Of a DNA stretch of 64,000 nucleotides, positions 1-8,790 are shown piece by piece. The stretch is taken from assembly GCA_964370205.1 (NCBI GenBank), contig CAYJIK010000001.1:5783-69782 (forward strand), read 5' to 3'. The position numbers and the translations under genes were made by a program. Position 1 is the first letter of the stretch. Each line of letters opens with the position of its first letter. This stretch comes from an uncultured Oscillospiraceae bacterium (GTDB taxonomy: Bacteria; Bacillota; Clostridia; Oscillospirales; Ruminococcaceae). The notes beneath the pieces were generated by a model. The model searched no databases. It saw only the letters and a list, made by a program, of their open reading frames with translations, and was not told the DNA's origin.

Positions 1-1521
1 GAGAAACGCACCGAAACACTCACTAATCGTCTCACTGAAGCGTCAGCAAAAGCAGACGAAGTAAAAGCTGACCTTGCTAAAAATTCAGCCGAGGTGAAAA
101 CCATCACCGACAACATCGAGACCATCAAAGAAGATATTGCACTGGGAAAAACAAACCTTATGCGTACCACCACAGAATTAAAAAGCCTTGAGGAGCAAAA
201 ACAGACAGCGGTACGAACACGGGAACAGATAAAAAAACGCCTTGAGGAATATAGTAATCTGGGGCTTGGGCTTGAGATGCGTATAAAGATACTGAGTGAG
301 GAAGCGTCAGAACTCCAAAAGCGACTTGCGATAGACGAAAAAGAGCTGGCGACCATGACTAGCGAACAGGAGCTGATAACGTCAGCGCTTTCGAGTGCTG
401 AAATGACAGTTGCCCTAAAGCGTCAAAAGCTTACCGCCACAGAGGAAAACTACCGCAAGCTCACGGAGGATAGCGAGCAAAAATCGGCACAGCGTGAAGC
501 GGCACTATCCAAAATCCGTGACTTGGGTGCCGCAAAAATCACCTCCGAGCAGCAGATGGTGGCAAACTCGGTGCGAAGCGACGAGGTTGACCGTCTGATA
601 TCGGAACAAGAGAGAGCGCTTAGCACCGCCATGAATGATAGGCTGACCCATGAAAAAGAGTCCACTACCGCACGAAACGCCGAGCGTGAACTCACAACAC
701 GCCGTGATAACCTTTACCGTGAACTTGTACACCTCACCGAGACGAAGAACTCGCTTATTGCAATGTCCGACTCGCTAGTGCGAAGTCTGTGGGAGGAGTA
801 CGAGCTGACTGTGAACGACGCTAAACTTACTGCAAAAAGCGATGTGGACAAGCGTGAAGCCAATATAGCACTAACCTCTGTGAAGGGAAGCATCAAGGAA
901 CTTGGTAACGTAAACGTCGCCGCCACCGAGGAGTATGCGGAGGTGTCCATGCGCTATGAAACGCTCAGCACGCAACTTTCCGACCTGAATACATCTAAGC
1001 AAGACCTAGAGCGGTTGATAAGCTCGCTCACAGGTAGTATGACCGATATATTTAACACACGTTTTGCTGAGATAAGTAAGCACTTTAGTGAAATATTTGT
1101 ACGGTTGTTTGGCGGAGGGAAGGGAGAACTATACCTCACCGATAAGCAAAATCCTCTTGAGTGCGGTATAGAAATCGAGGTTTCCCCACCGGGTAAGATG
1201 ATAAAGAACCTCGGGGTTCTATCGGGTGGCGAGCAAGCTCTTGTTGCTATTTCTATAATTTTTGCTATACTTAAAGTCAACCCTTCACCATTTTGTGTCA
1301 TGGATGAGGTGGAGGCGGCTTTAGATGATGTGAATGTCACAAGGTTTGCAAGCTACCTACGCAGTGTCACAGACAGGACACAGTTCATACTGATAACGCA
1401 CAGACGTGGCACAATGGAGGCGGCGGACATCCTTTATGGTGTCACCATGCAGGAGGAAGGCGTTTCACGACTTCTCAAGCTTGAACTGAAAGAAGCAGGA
1501 AATTTAGGCTCACTGACTTAA
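1..1521 (+). CDS. smc: Chromosome segregation protein SMC, C-terminal part (5' end outside the window)
   Basis: Frame 1 is open from base 1. A long coiled-coil stretch is followed by the ABC signature/Walker B block LSGGEQALVAISIIFAILKVNPSPFCVMDEVEAALDD. ftsY follows, as in the conserved smc-ftsY arrangement. Confidence 0.9.
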   Translation, partial: EKRTETLTNRLTEASAKADEVKADLAKNSAEVKTITDNIETIKEDIALGKTNLMRTTTELKSLEEQKQTAVRTREQIKKRLEEYSNLGLGLEMRIKILSEEASELQKRLAIDEKELATMTSEQELITSALSSAEMTVALKRQKLTATEENYRKLTEDSEQKSAQREAALSKIRDLGAAKITSEQQMVANSVRSDEVDRLISEQERALSTAMNDRLTHEKESTTARNAERELTTRRDNLYRELVHLTETKNSLIAMSDSLVRSLWEEYELTVNDAKLTAKSDVDKREANIALTSVKGSIKELGNVNVAATEEYAEVSMRYETLSTQLSDLNTSKQDLERLISSLTGSMTDIFNTRFAEISKHFSEIFVRLFGGGKGELYLTDKQNPLECGIEIEVSPPGKMIKNLGVLSGGEQALVAISIIFAILKVNPSPFCVMDEVEAALDDVNVTRFASYLRSVTDRTQFILITHRRGTMEAADILYGVTMQEEGVSRLLKLELKEAGNLGSLT

Positions 1522-1575
1522 TAATGAGAAAAACCAATACAGACAAACAACACGTGTAAGAGAGGTAGGGAACAG

Positions 1576-2460
1576 ATGGGATTATTTGATAAAATCGGTG
1601 CCGGGTTTAAAAAGATTGGGCAGTTCATCGGTATAGCGTCACCTATAGAGGACAGCTACTACGAGGAACTCGAGGAAATGCTCATTATGGGGGACGTGGG
1701 AGCGGCTACGTCGTTTAAGATAGTAGAGGAACTCAGAGACAGAGTTAAAAAGAATAAAGTCAAAGACTCCGCCGACGTTCTTCCGCTACTGAAAGAGATA
1801 ATAGTAGAGCTTCTGTCGCCACCTGAGAGCGTACCATCCACAGAAACCCCAAAAGTTATACTGGTTATCGGCGTAAACGGCGTGGGCAAAACCACCACAA
1901 TTGGTAAACTGGCATCTAAGCTGAAAAAGCAGGGTAACAGCGTACTGCTTGCCGCCGCGGACACGTTCAGAGCCGCCGCCATAGAACAGCTGTCCATCTG
2001 GGGCGAGCGTTCGGGCTGTGACGTCATCAAGCAGTCGCAAGGGTCCGACCCGGCAGCTGTTATATATGACGCTGTAAGCTCCGGTAAAGCTAAGAAGGTT
2101 GACTACATTATCTGCGATACAGCAGGACGACTACACAACAAAAAGAATCTGATGGACGAACTCGCAAAGATAAACAGGGTTATCCTAAAGGAACTGCCAA
2201 ACTCGAAACCTGAGGTACTACTCGTCGTGGACGCTACCACTGGGCAAAACGCCCTCAGTCAGGTTAAGCTGTTTGGAGAAGTAGCACCGCTGGACGGCAT
2301 CGTACTGACAAAGCTTGACGGAACCGCAAAGGGTGGCGTAGTTATCGGGATAATGGACGAAGCGAAGGTCCCTGTCAAATACGTCGGACTGGGTGAAGGC
2401 ATTGACGATCTACAACCCTTCTCCGCAGTAGAGTTTACCGACGCACTGTTTGGCGAATAG
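1576..2460 (+). CDS. ftsY: Signal recognition particle receptor FtsY
   Basis: SRP GTPase motifs GVNGVGKTTTIGKLA, DTAGRLHNK and TKLDGTAKGG. SD AGAGAGGTAGGG lies upstream. Confidence 0.95.
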   Translation: MGLFDKIGAGFKKIGQFIGIASPIEDSYYEELEEMLIMGDVGAATSFKIVEELRDRVKKNKVKDSADVLPLLKEIIVELLSPPESVPSTETPKVILVIGVNGVGKTTTIGKLASKLKKQGNSVLLAAADTFRAAAIEQLSIWGERSGCDVIKQSQGSDPAAVIYDAVSSGKAKKVDYIICDTAGRLHNKKNLMDELAKINRVILKELPNSKPEVLLVVDATTGQNALSQVKLFGEVAPLDGIVLTKLDGTAKGGVVIGIMDEAKVPVKYVGLGEGIDDLQPFSAVEFTDALFGE

Positions 2461-2468
2461 GGGGGAAA

Positions 2469-2505
2469 GTTTGAAAATAAGATTTTCAAACTTTCAGAAA
2501 GGAAT
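2469..2505 (+). repeat. Leader-repeat copy C (hairpin module + SD only), ftsY-rdgB spacer
   Basis: AGTTTGAAAATAAGATTTTCAAACT matches copy A over 25/25 nt and is followed by TTCAGAAAGGAAT. The ~80 nt core is absent. Confidence 0.85.
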
Positions 2506-2515
2506 GAGTATTTAT

Positions 2516-3106
2516 ATGTCAGAGAACATAATAGTAGTCGCCACCCATAACAAAGGTAAGCTGGCGGAGTTTAGACGTATCCTGTCACCGCTGGGCTACA
2601 CGGTCAAAGGGCTCACCGAACTGGGGCATGACAGCGACTTTGACGAAACAGGCGAAACTTTCACCGAGAACGCCATAATCAAGGCAAGTGGTGCATTTAA
2701 ACTCACTTCACTTCCATCTATAGCAGACGATTCAGGGCTTTGCATTGACGCACTGGGCGGTAAACCCGGTGTACAATCGGCAAGATTTTTGGGTGAAGAC
2801 GTAAGCTATCCCGAAAAGATGGCAAAGATAGTGGACATGATGGAAAGCGTCCCTCAAAGCGACAGAACAGCACGTTTCACCTGCGCGATAGTCTATACAA
2901 ACGGCGACGAACAGCATGTATTTGAGCATAGTTGCGAAGGATATATAGGACACGAGCCGATAGGGGAAAAGGGCTTTGGCTACGACCCTATTTTCATGGT
3001 GGGCGATAAAAGTTTCGCCACCATGTCCGACGAGGAAAAAGACAGCATCAGCCACAGAGGAAAAGCGCTCAGAGCGTTTTCAGAATTTATGACGATACAC
3101 AAATAA
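2516..3106 (+). CDS. rdgB: dITP/XTP pyrophosphatase (RdgB/HAM1 family)
   Basis: Motifs VVATHNKGKLAEF, DSGLCIDAL, GFGYDPIF and SHRGKA. The ORF track starts at 2450, but that extension only reads through the upstream repeat. ATG 2516 (or 2504) fits family N-termini. Confidence 0.85.
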   Translation: MSENIIVVATHNKGKLAEFRRILSPLGYTVKGLTELGHDSDFDETGETFTENAIIKASGAFKLTSLPSIADDSGLCIDALGGKPGVQSARFLGEDVSYPEKMAKIVDMMESVPQSDRTARFTCAIVYTNGDEQHVFEHSCEGYIGHEPIGEKGFGYDPIFMVGDKSFATMSDEEKDSISHRGKALRAFSEFMTIHK

Positions 3107-3118
3107 GGAGAAATATTT

Positions 3119-3400
3119 ATGTTAACACCAAAGGAAAGAGCGAGACTTCGCTCACTTTCAAACGATATGAAGGCGATACTACAGGTAGGTAAAAACGAGA
3201 TAACCGAAGCAGGCATAAAGCAGGTAAATGACGCACTCGAAGCACGTGAACTTATAAAGATGTCAGTACTTGAATCGTCACCGTACACAGCGACAGAGGC
3301 GGCGCACATCTACGCTGAAGCCACCGACAGCGAAGTGGTATCTGTTATAGGCTTTAAGTTTATACTCTACCGCAAGAATAAGAAAAATCCAAAGATATGA
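3119..3400 (+). CDS. yhbY: RNA-binding ribosome-assembly protein YhbY (CRS1/YhbY domain)
   Basis: The 93 aa protein has the typical N-terminus LTPKERARLRSLSNDMKAILQVGKNEIT. It sits directly upstream of nadD, as B. subtilis yqeI does. Confidence 0.85.
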   Translation: MLTPKERARLRSLSNDMKAILQVGKNEITEAGIKQVNDALEARELIKMSVLESSPYTATEAAHIYAEATDSEVVSVIGFKFILYRKNKKNPKI

Positions 3401-4584
3401 GAATAGGAATATACGGCGGTACGTTTAACCCCGTCCACAACGGTCATGTGCGTTTTGGCCTATTTGCGCTTAACGAACTGCAACTTGACAAGTTGTTAGT
3501 TATACCTACACTGTCCCCACCGCACAAGAGCAGTGCGGAAGTTGTAAGCGGTGAACACAGACTTAATATGCTAAAGCTTGCCTTTAATGGTGCTGAAAAG
3601 GTTACTGTGTCAGACATGGAACTAAAGCGAGGCGGAGCGAGCTATACAGTGGATACGCTCACCGAGATAAAACGCATATATCCCGCCGAGGCGGAGCTCT
3701 TTTTGATAGTGGGGAGTGACATGTTTATGTCGCTACACAGATGGAAGGACTATAGACGCATCTGCGAGCTTGCAACAGTCTGCACAGCCCCACGTAAAGA
3801 TGAGGACATACCGCTGATAGAACAGTACCGTTCAGAGCACAGCGACCTTAAAAGTAAAGTGCTGAACCTATCTGTACTGGAAACCTCGTCAACCGACGCC
3901 AGAAGAGGAGATGTCCATGAGCTACCCGACATTGTGAGGGAGTATATACGTCAAAATTCGCTGTATGGCTATGATAAAAAAGTCGTGGAATATGACATAG
4001 ACACCCTCACCGCGGTTATCAGAAAACTGCTAGGCGATAAGCGCTATAAGCACAGCTTAAATGTTGCAGATATGGCAGAGATACTAGCGATACATCATGG
4101 CGAAAATAGTCACTACGCATATGTGGCAGGGCTTGTACACGATATCACAAAAGAGTTCCCCGAAAAAGAGCAGTTGAGACTTCTCGCAAAGAGCGAGTGC
4201 AAGGACGACCCCCTCCTTCATGCCATCCCACCAATATGGCACGGATTTACCGCCGAAATTTACCTTATGTATGAATTAAACCTGCTGAATACAGCGATAC
4301 TAAAAGCAGTACGCTATCATTCGGTAGGACATAGTAATATGACAACACTTGAAAAAATTGTATATCTTGCAGACATAGTATCAGCGGATAGGAAGTATAA
4401 CGGCGTGGAAAAACTCCGTGAACTTTGCTTTGATAATTTGGATGCGGCTCTGTTAAAGGTGTTGGCGAGGTCGTTGTCAGACAATTTAAAGGACAAGCTA
4501 CCGATATATAGTAGTACCCTAACCGCCTATAACAGTCTGGTTTTAGAAAAAAGTTGCGGCGGAAATAACGATATTGAGGGATAA
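3397..4584 (+). CDS. nadD: Fusion protein: nicotinate-nucleotide adenylyltransferase NadD (N-terminal ~190 aa) + YqeK-type HD phosphohydrolase (C-terminal ~200 aa)
   Basis: The N-terminus carries GGTFNPVHNGH (nucleotidyltransferase HxGH) and SSTDAR. The C-terminus carries RYKHSLNVA...GLVHDITKE (HD domain). It is one uninterrupted 395-codon frame with an ATGA overlap onto yhbY. Confidence 0.85.
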   Translation: MRIGIYGGTFNPVHNGHVRFGLFALNELQLDKLLVIPTLSPPHKSSAEVVSGEHRLNMLKLAFNGAEKVTVSDMELKRGGASYTVDTLTEIKRIYPAEAELFLIVGSDMFMSLHRWKDYRRICELATVCTAPRKDEDIPLIEQYRSEHSDLKSKVLNLSVLETSSTDARRGDVHELPDIVREYIRQNSLYGYDKKVVEYDIDTLTAVIRKLLGDKRYKHSLNVADMAEILAIHHGENSHYAYVAGLVHDITKEFPEKEQLRLLAKSECKDDPLLHAIPPIWHGFTAEIYLMYELNLLNTAILKAVRYHSVGHSNMTTLEKIVYLADIVSADRKYNGVEKLRELCFDNLDAALLKVLARSLSDNLKDKLPIYSSTLTAYNSLVLEKSCGGNNDIEG

Positions 4585-4587
4585 CTC

Positions 4588-5430
4588 TTGCCTTTTTATG
4601 AAAAGCGTATTATTATACTCGTAACCGCTTTTGCCGCACTGCTTATCTGTGTAGCGTGGCTGACTGTATATAACGAGCCTCCGATGCTGATTATTGACGA
4701 AACAGAACCGGATAGCGCATACGACCCCGACACCTCTGCACAACCGCTTGACCTGTTTAGTCTACTGCTCTATGTCACAAGCGATGCCGGAAACCAACTT
4801 GAGTGGGCGGCGGTGGTCAACAGTGAAGTAGGAGAGCACCTGTATGTCTTGGAGCTGGACACTGATCTGTTTGTAGGTGTAGAATTTCCCGGTGGACGAC
4901 TTTGTGACGCTTATAGTAGTGACGGTAACAACGACGGTGGAAGTGGTACAGGCAATCTAATCCGAGTAGTGCAGGAGCAGTTTTTAATTGACGTAGACTA
5001 CACTGCGGCTTTCGACATGACGGACATGCCTAAGATTATTACGGCACTTAGCGATTACAGCGCTTTGGAGGGAAGTGTTCTTCCCCACATACCCAAAGAA
5101 GAAGCTCTTTTGACAATAGCGGACAGCCTGTCCACCACCGAAACGCTACAACTATTTGAGCTTTCTGCACAGCTTACACAAATTTCAAATAGCGATATAC
5201 CGTCAACTCATATCGGCCACGTTTTCGGTGGACTCGTAGACATCTCCCCCGAAAACCTAGTATATCTACAAGCGCCAACCTTTCCCGGCAACTTTGGAGA
5301 GATAGATGTAGTTGTAGCCGATAGAGACGAACTGACCCAAATAGTAAATAAATACTTTAAAGACGATGATATTGTGAATGTGGACGAAGTATTTACCCGA
5401 GTTCCACCGAACAGAAGCGAAACCTCATAA
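4588..5430 (+). CDS. Membrane-anchored protein of unknown function, possibly a degenerate LCP (LytR-CpsA-Psr)-like domain
   Basis: TTG start 7 nt after SD GAGGGA. One N-terminal TM helix (IIILVTAFAALLICVAWLTV). The segment FSLLLYVTSDAGNQLEWAAVVN...LYVLELDTDLFV...LIRVVQEQFLIDVDYTAAFDM resembles LCP domain topology, but the usual conserved Arg/Asp residues are not obvious. Confidence 0.5.
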   Translation: MPFYEKRIIILVTAFAALLICVAWLTVYNEPPMLIIDETEPDSAYDPDTSAQPLDLFSLLLYVTSDAGNQLEWAAVVNSEVGEHLYVLELDTDLFVGVEFPGGRLCDAYSSDGNNDGGSGTGNLIRVVQEQFLIDVDYTAAFDMTDMPKIITALSDYSALEGSVLPHIPKEEALLTIADSLSTTETLQLFELSAQLTQISNSDIPSTHIGHVFGGLVDISPENLVYLQAPTFPGNFGEIDVVVADRDELTQIVNKYFKDDDIVNVDEVFTRVPPNRSETS

Positions 5431-5497
5431 GGTTAGTGCTTGAGCGATACTTTGTGTATATTCACAATGGCATACCAAAATATTAGGAGGTTTTTTA

Positions 5498-5854
5498 GTG
5501 ATTACACTTAACAAGGCAAAACTTGTAGCAAGAACATTGGAGGATAAAAAAGGCCTCGACATCAAGGTGATAGAAGTTAGCAACCTCACCACACTCGGCG
5601 ACTACTTTGTCATAGCGACAGGGACAAGCACCACACATGTGCGCTCGCTGTGTGACGATGTAGAGGAAGCACTTGAAAAGGCAGGCATTGTCAACAAGCG
5701 CATAGAAGGGTACGCAAGTCAGCAGTGGATACTTATGGACTACTATGACGTTATCGTGCACATATTCCAAAAGGAAACCAGAGAGTTCTACGCTTTAGAG
5801 CGACTGTGGGCGGACGCCCCTGTCCTAACCGACTACGAACCTGTAGCCGAGTAA
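5498..5854 (+). CDS. rsfS: Ribosome silencing factor RsfS (IojAP family)
   Basis: GTG start after SD AGGAGG. Sequence DIKVIEVSNLTTLGDYFVIATGTSTTHVRSL...WILMDYYDVIVHIF is typical of RsfS. Confidence 0.9.
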   Translation: MITLNKAKLVARTLEDKKGLDIKVIEVSNLTTLGDYFVIATGTSTTHVRSLCDDVEEALEKAGIVNKRIEGYASQQWILMDYYDVIVHIFQKETREFYALERLWADAPVLTDYEPVAE

Positions 5855-5880
5855 TAAAGTGTGAGTAAAGGAGTTTTACC

Positions 5881-8286
5881 GTGAATTATAATCACATAAA
5901 CATAGAAAAAAAGTGGCAGAACATATGGGAAACCGAGTTTACCTTTTCCGCTACAAAGGACTACACCAAAAAGAAGTTTTACCCACTGGTCGAGTTTCCC
6001 TATCCATCGGGAGACGGTCTTCACGTCGGTCATCCCAGGCCATACACAGCACTGGATATTGTCGCAAGAAAGCGCCGTATGCAGGGCTATAACGTGCTGT
6101 ACACTATCGGTTGGGACGCTTTCGGACTGCCTACCGAGAACTTCGCTATAAAAAACAAGATACACCCCGAGATTGTCACAAAAAACAATGTCGATCGCTT
6201 TAGACAGCAGATAAAAATGCTCGGTATTTCCTTTGACTGGAAACGAGAGGTAAACACCACAGACCCCGACTACTACCGCTGGACACAGTGGATATTCTTA
6301 CAATTACTAAAGCATGGACTCGCTTACAAAAAGGAGATGCTGGTAAACTGGTGCAACTCCTGTAAGTGTGTGCTTGCAAACGAGGAAGTCGTGGACGGCA
6401 AGTGTGAGCGCTGTGCAGGTGAAGTTGTCCGCAAGGTGAAAAACCAGTGGATGCTAAAGATTACCGACTACGCTCAAAAGCTACTTGACGGACTGGAAAC
6501 TGTCGAGTATGTGGAGCGTGTTAAGCTGTCCCAACGCAACTGGATAGGACGCTCGGAGGGTGCTGAAATTGACTTTACCACCACAGCAGGGGAGACGCTC
6601 ACCGTCTACACCACCCGCCCCGACACCATCTACGGCGCAACCTACATGGTAATATCCCCCGAACACCCGTACATTGAAAAGTGGGCGGACAAAATAACAA
6701 ACTTAGCCGACATAAAGAGCTACGCTGCCGTGGCCGCTAAAAAGTCAGAATTTGAGCGCGCTCAGCTTGTCAAGGAAAAGACAGGTGTATGTATTGACGG
6801 TGTAAGCGCCGTAAATCCGATTACAGAAAAGCAGATACCAATATTTGTGTCTGACTACGTGCTGATGTCATACGGAACAGGCGCTATTATGGCTGTACCG
6901 GGGCATGACGGGCGTGACTGGGAGTTTGCAAAGGCATTTTCACTACCGATAGTTGAGGTTGTGTCCGGCGGTGATGTAACAGTAGCCGCACATGAGGACA
7001 ACGAAAACGGTGTAGCCATTAACTCACCGCTTATTGACGGACTAAAGGTAAAAAAAGCAAAAGAGAAGATGACCGCCATAGTCGAGGAGCGTGGAATAGG
7101 CAGACGCAGGGTGAACTTCAAACTGCGTGACTGGGTATTCTCCCGTCAACGCTACTGGGGCGAACCTATCCCTGTCGTCATTTGCGACTGCTGTGGTTAT
7201 GTTCCGCTTGAAGAGTCGGAACTACCGCTAAAGCTCCCTAACGTGGAACACTACGAGCCGACCGATAACGGCGAGTCGCCACTTGCCGCCCTTACAGACT
7301 GGGTAAACGTGCCCTGTCCAAAGTGTGGAAAGCCTGCAAAGAGAGAAACCGACACCATGCCACAGTGGGCAGGTTCTTCGTGGTACTTCCTACGCTATGC
7401 TGACCCTGACTTCAGCGGTGGAGTAGCGTCAAAAGAAGCGATGGACTACTGGATGCCTGTCGACTGGTACAACGGCGGTATGGAACACGCCACACTGCAC
7501 ATGCTCTACTCACGCTTTTGGCATAAGTTCCTGTTCGACATCGGCGTAGTAACCACCCCCGAGCCGTATGCAAAGCGCACAAGCCACGGCTTTATACTCG
7601 GCGAGGGCGGCGAAAAGATGTCCAAATCTCGTGGAAACGTCGTAAACCCCGATGATATCGTAAAGGAGTTCGGCGCTGACACGTTTAGGCTCTACGAGAT
7701 GTTTATAGGCGACTTCGAAAAGGCGGCGTCGTGGAGTCACAGCTCTATAAAGGGTTGCAGACGCTTCCTAGAGCGCCTGTGGGGACTCTGCGACATGGTC
7801 GAAGGGGACAACAAAACCAACGCCGCACTGATAACGCCACTGCACAAGACCATCAAAAAGGTATCAGCCGACATTGAAAGCATGGGCTTTAACACCGCAG
7901 TTGCGCAGATGATGACCTTTATGAACGAGATATACACCGTAGGCTCTATCAGCCATAGTCAGTTAAAGACACTGCTTTGCCTGTTAAACCCATTTGCGCC
8001 ACATATTACCGAGGAAATATGGGAGCGGATGGCCTACAAAGGCAGGGTTCACGAACAACCCTACCCGGTCCACGACGAAGCACTTTCGGTGGACAGCACA
8101 GTGGAGATAGTCGTACAGCTAAGCGGCAAAATCAAAGCAAGGATGACAGTACCCTCCGACATTACCGCCGAGCAGATGAAGCAGGAAGCAAAAGATCACC
8201 CCGAGGTCAAGCCGCTGCTTGACGGCAAAACTATAGTTAAAGAGATAGTAGTGCCGGGCAAGCTTGTGAATATCGTGGCGAAGTAG
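5881..8286 (+). CDS. leuS: Leucine--tRNA ligase
   Basis: Class I motifs HVGHPRPY (HIGH) and KMSKSRGN (KMSKS), plus the CP1 editing region. 801 aa. Confidence 0.97.
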   Translation: MNYNHINIEKKWQNIWETEFTFSATKDYTKKKFYPLVEFPYPSGDGLHVGHPRPYTALDIVARKRRMQGYNVLYTIGWDAFGLPTENFAIKNKIHPEIVTKNNVDRFRQQIKMLGISFDWKREVNTTDPDYYRWTQWIFLQLLKHGLAYKKEMLVNWCNSCKCVLANEEVVDGKCERCAGEVVRKVKNQWMLKITDYAQKLLDGLETVEYVERVKLSQRNWIGRSEGAEIDFTTTAGETLTVYTTRPDTIYGATYMVISPEHPYIEKWADKITNLADIKSYAAVAAKKSEFERAQLVKEKTGVCIDGVSAVNPITEKQIPIFVSDYVLMSYGTGAIMAVPGHDGRDWEFAKAFSLPIVEVVSGGDVTVAAHEDNENGVAINSPLIDGLKVKKAKEKMTAIVEERGIGRRRVNFKLRDWVFSRQRYWGEPIPVVICDCCGYVPLEESELPLKLPNVEHYEPTDNGESPLAALTDWVNVPCPKCGKPAKRETDTMPQWAGSSWYFLRYADPDFSGGVASKEAMDYWMPVDWYNGGMEHATLHMLYSRFWHKFLFDIGVVTTPEPYAKRTSHGFILGEGGEKMSKSRGNVVNPDDIVKEFGADTFRLYEMFIGDFEKAASWSHSSIKGCRRFLERLWGLCDMVEGDNKTNAALITPLHKTIKKVSADIESMGFNTAVAQMMTFMNEIYTVGSISHSQLKTLLCLLNPFAPHITEEIWERMAYKGRVHEQPYPVHDEALSVDSTVEIVVQLSGKIKARMTVPSDITAEQMKQEAKDHPEVKPLLDGKTIVKEIVVPGKLVNIVAK

Positions 8287-8433
8287 GGGCGCACCTTGTA
8301 GTACCTGAAATCTCTGTGAGCCACCCGGTTCGGACGAATCTGTTGAACAAAAAATGTAGGGGCGACCTTTGTGGTACGCCCGAAACCAAGGTTAAACCAA
8401 AGTTTCGGGCGCACACATAGGTGCGCCCCTACA
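8283..8433. repeat. Cluster of three GC-rich palindromic units (REP-like): 8283-8305 and 8355-8386 direct, 8402-8433 inverted
   Basis: GTAGGGGCGCACCT (8283-8296) overlaps the leuS stop codon. TGTAGGGGCGACCTTTGTGGTACGCCCGAAAC (8355-8386) and the reverse complement of 8402-8433 (TGTAGGGGCGCACCTATGTGTGCGCCCGAAAC) are near-identical and can pair as a ~30 bp hairpin. Confidence 0.8.
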
Positions 8434-8473
8434 GTATGTTGTGTTTTGACGGAAGATAGCCTATTATTATAGG

Positions 8474-8701
8474 CTAGTCATTTTTGCTTTTGGGGTATGG
8501 GGTTTTCACGTCTGTTAGCCCCAATAGATAATCAACACTGGTGTTATAAAACACAGCCAACTTGCACAGAAGTTCCACGGGTATAACTCGTTCGCCACGT
8601 TCATATTTTGAATACAGGCTTTGGTCACACATAAGATATTCGGAAACCTCTTTTTGCTTTATGTCGCCGTCTTCACGCAAATCACGTATTCTCAATTTCA
8701 T
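8474..8701 (-). CDS. XRE-family helix-turn-helix transcriptional regulator
   Basis: 75 aa with a typical HTH_3 core: QKEVSEYLMCDQSLYSKYERGERVIPVELLCKLAVFYNTSVDYLLGLTD. Confidence 0.8.
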   Translation of the reverse strand: MKLRIRDLREDGDIKQKEVSEYLMCDQSLYSKYERGERVIPVELLCKLAVFYNTSVDYLLGLTDVKTPYPKSKND

Positions 8702-8790
8702 TTTATCACCCTAAATTATTATATGTTAGGACAATATGTACTATTGATTTTTTGGACAAAAAGTCCTATAATGTACAAGAGGTGATAAAT

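Noticed and set aside
2469-2491. CRISPR-repeat-like palindromes (GTTTGAAAATAAGATTTTCAAAC and GTTTGCAACCGTGGTTGTAAC).
   Set aside because: They occur as single units 9 kb and 44 kb apart. They are not in a spaced tandem array, and there are no cas genes in the window.
8318-8342. A tRNA T-arm-like string (CCACCCGGTTCGGACGAATC) downstream of leuS.
   Set aside because: No acceptor stem, anticodon arm or GTTCGAATC-type T-loop consensus can be assembled around it. It lies within the REP-like cluster.
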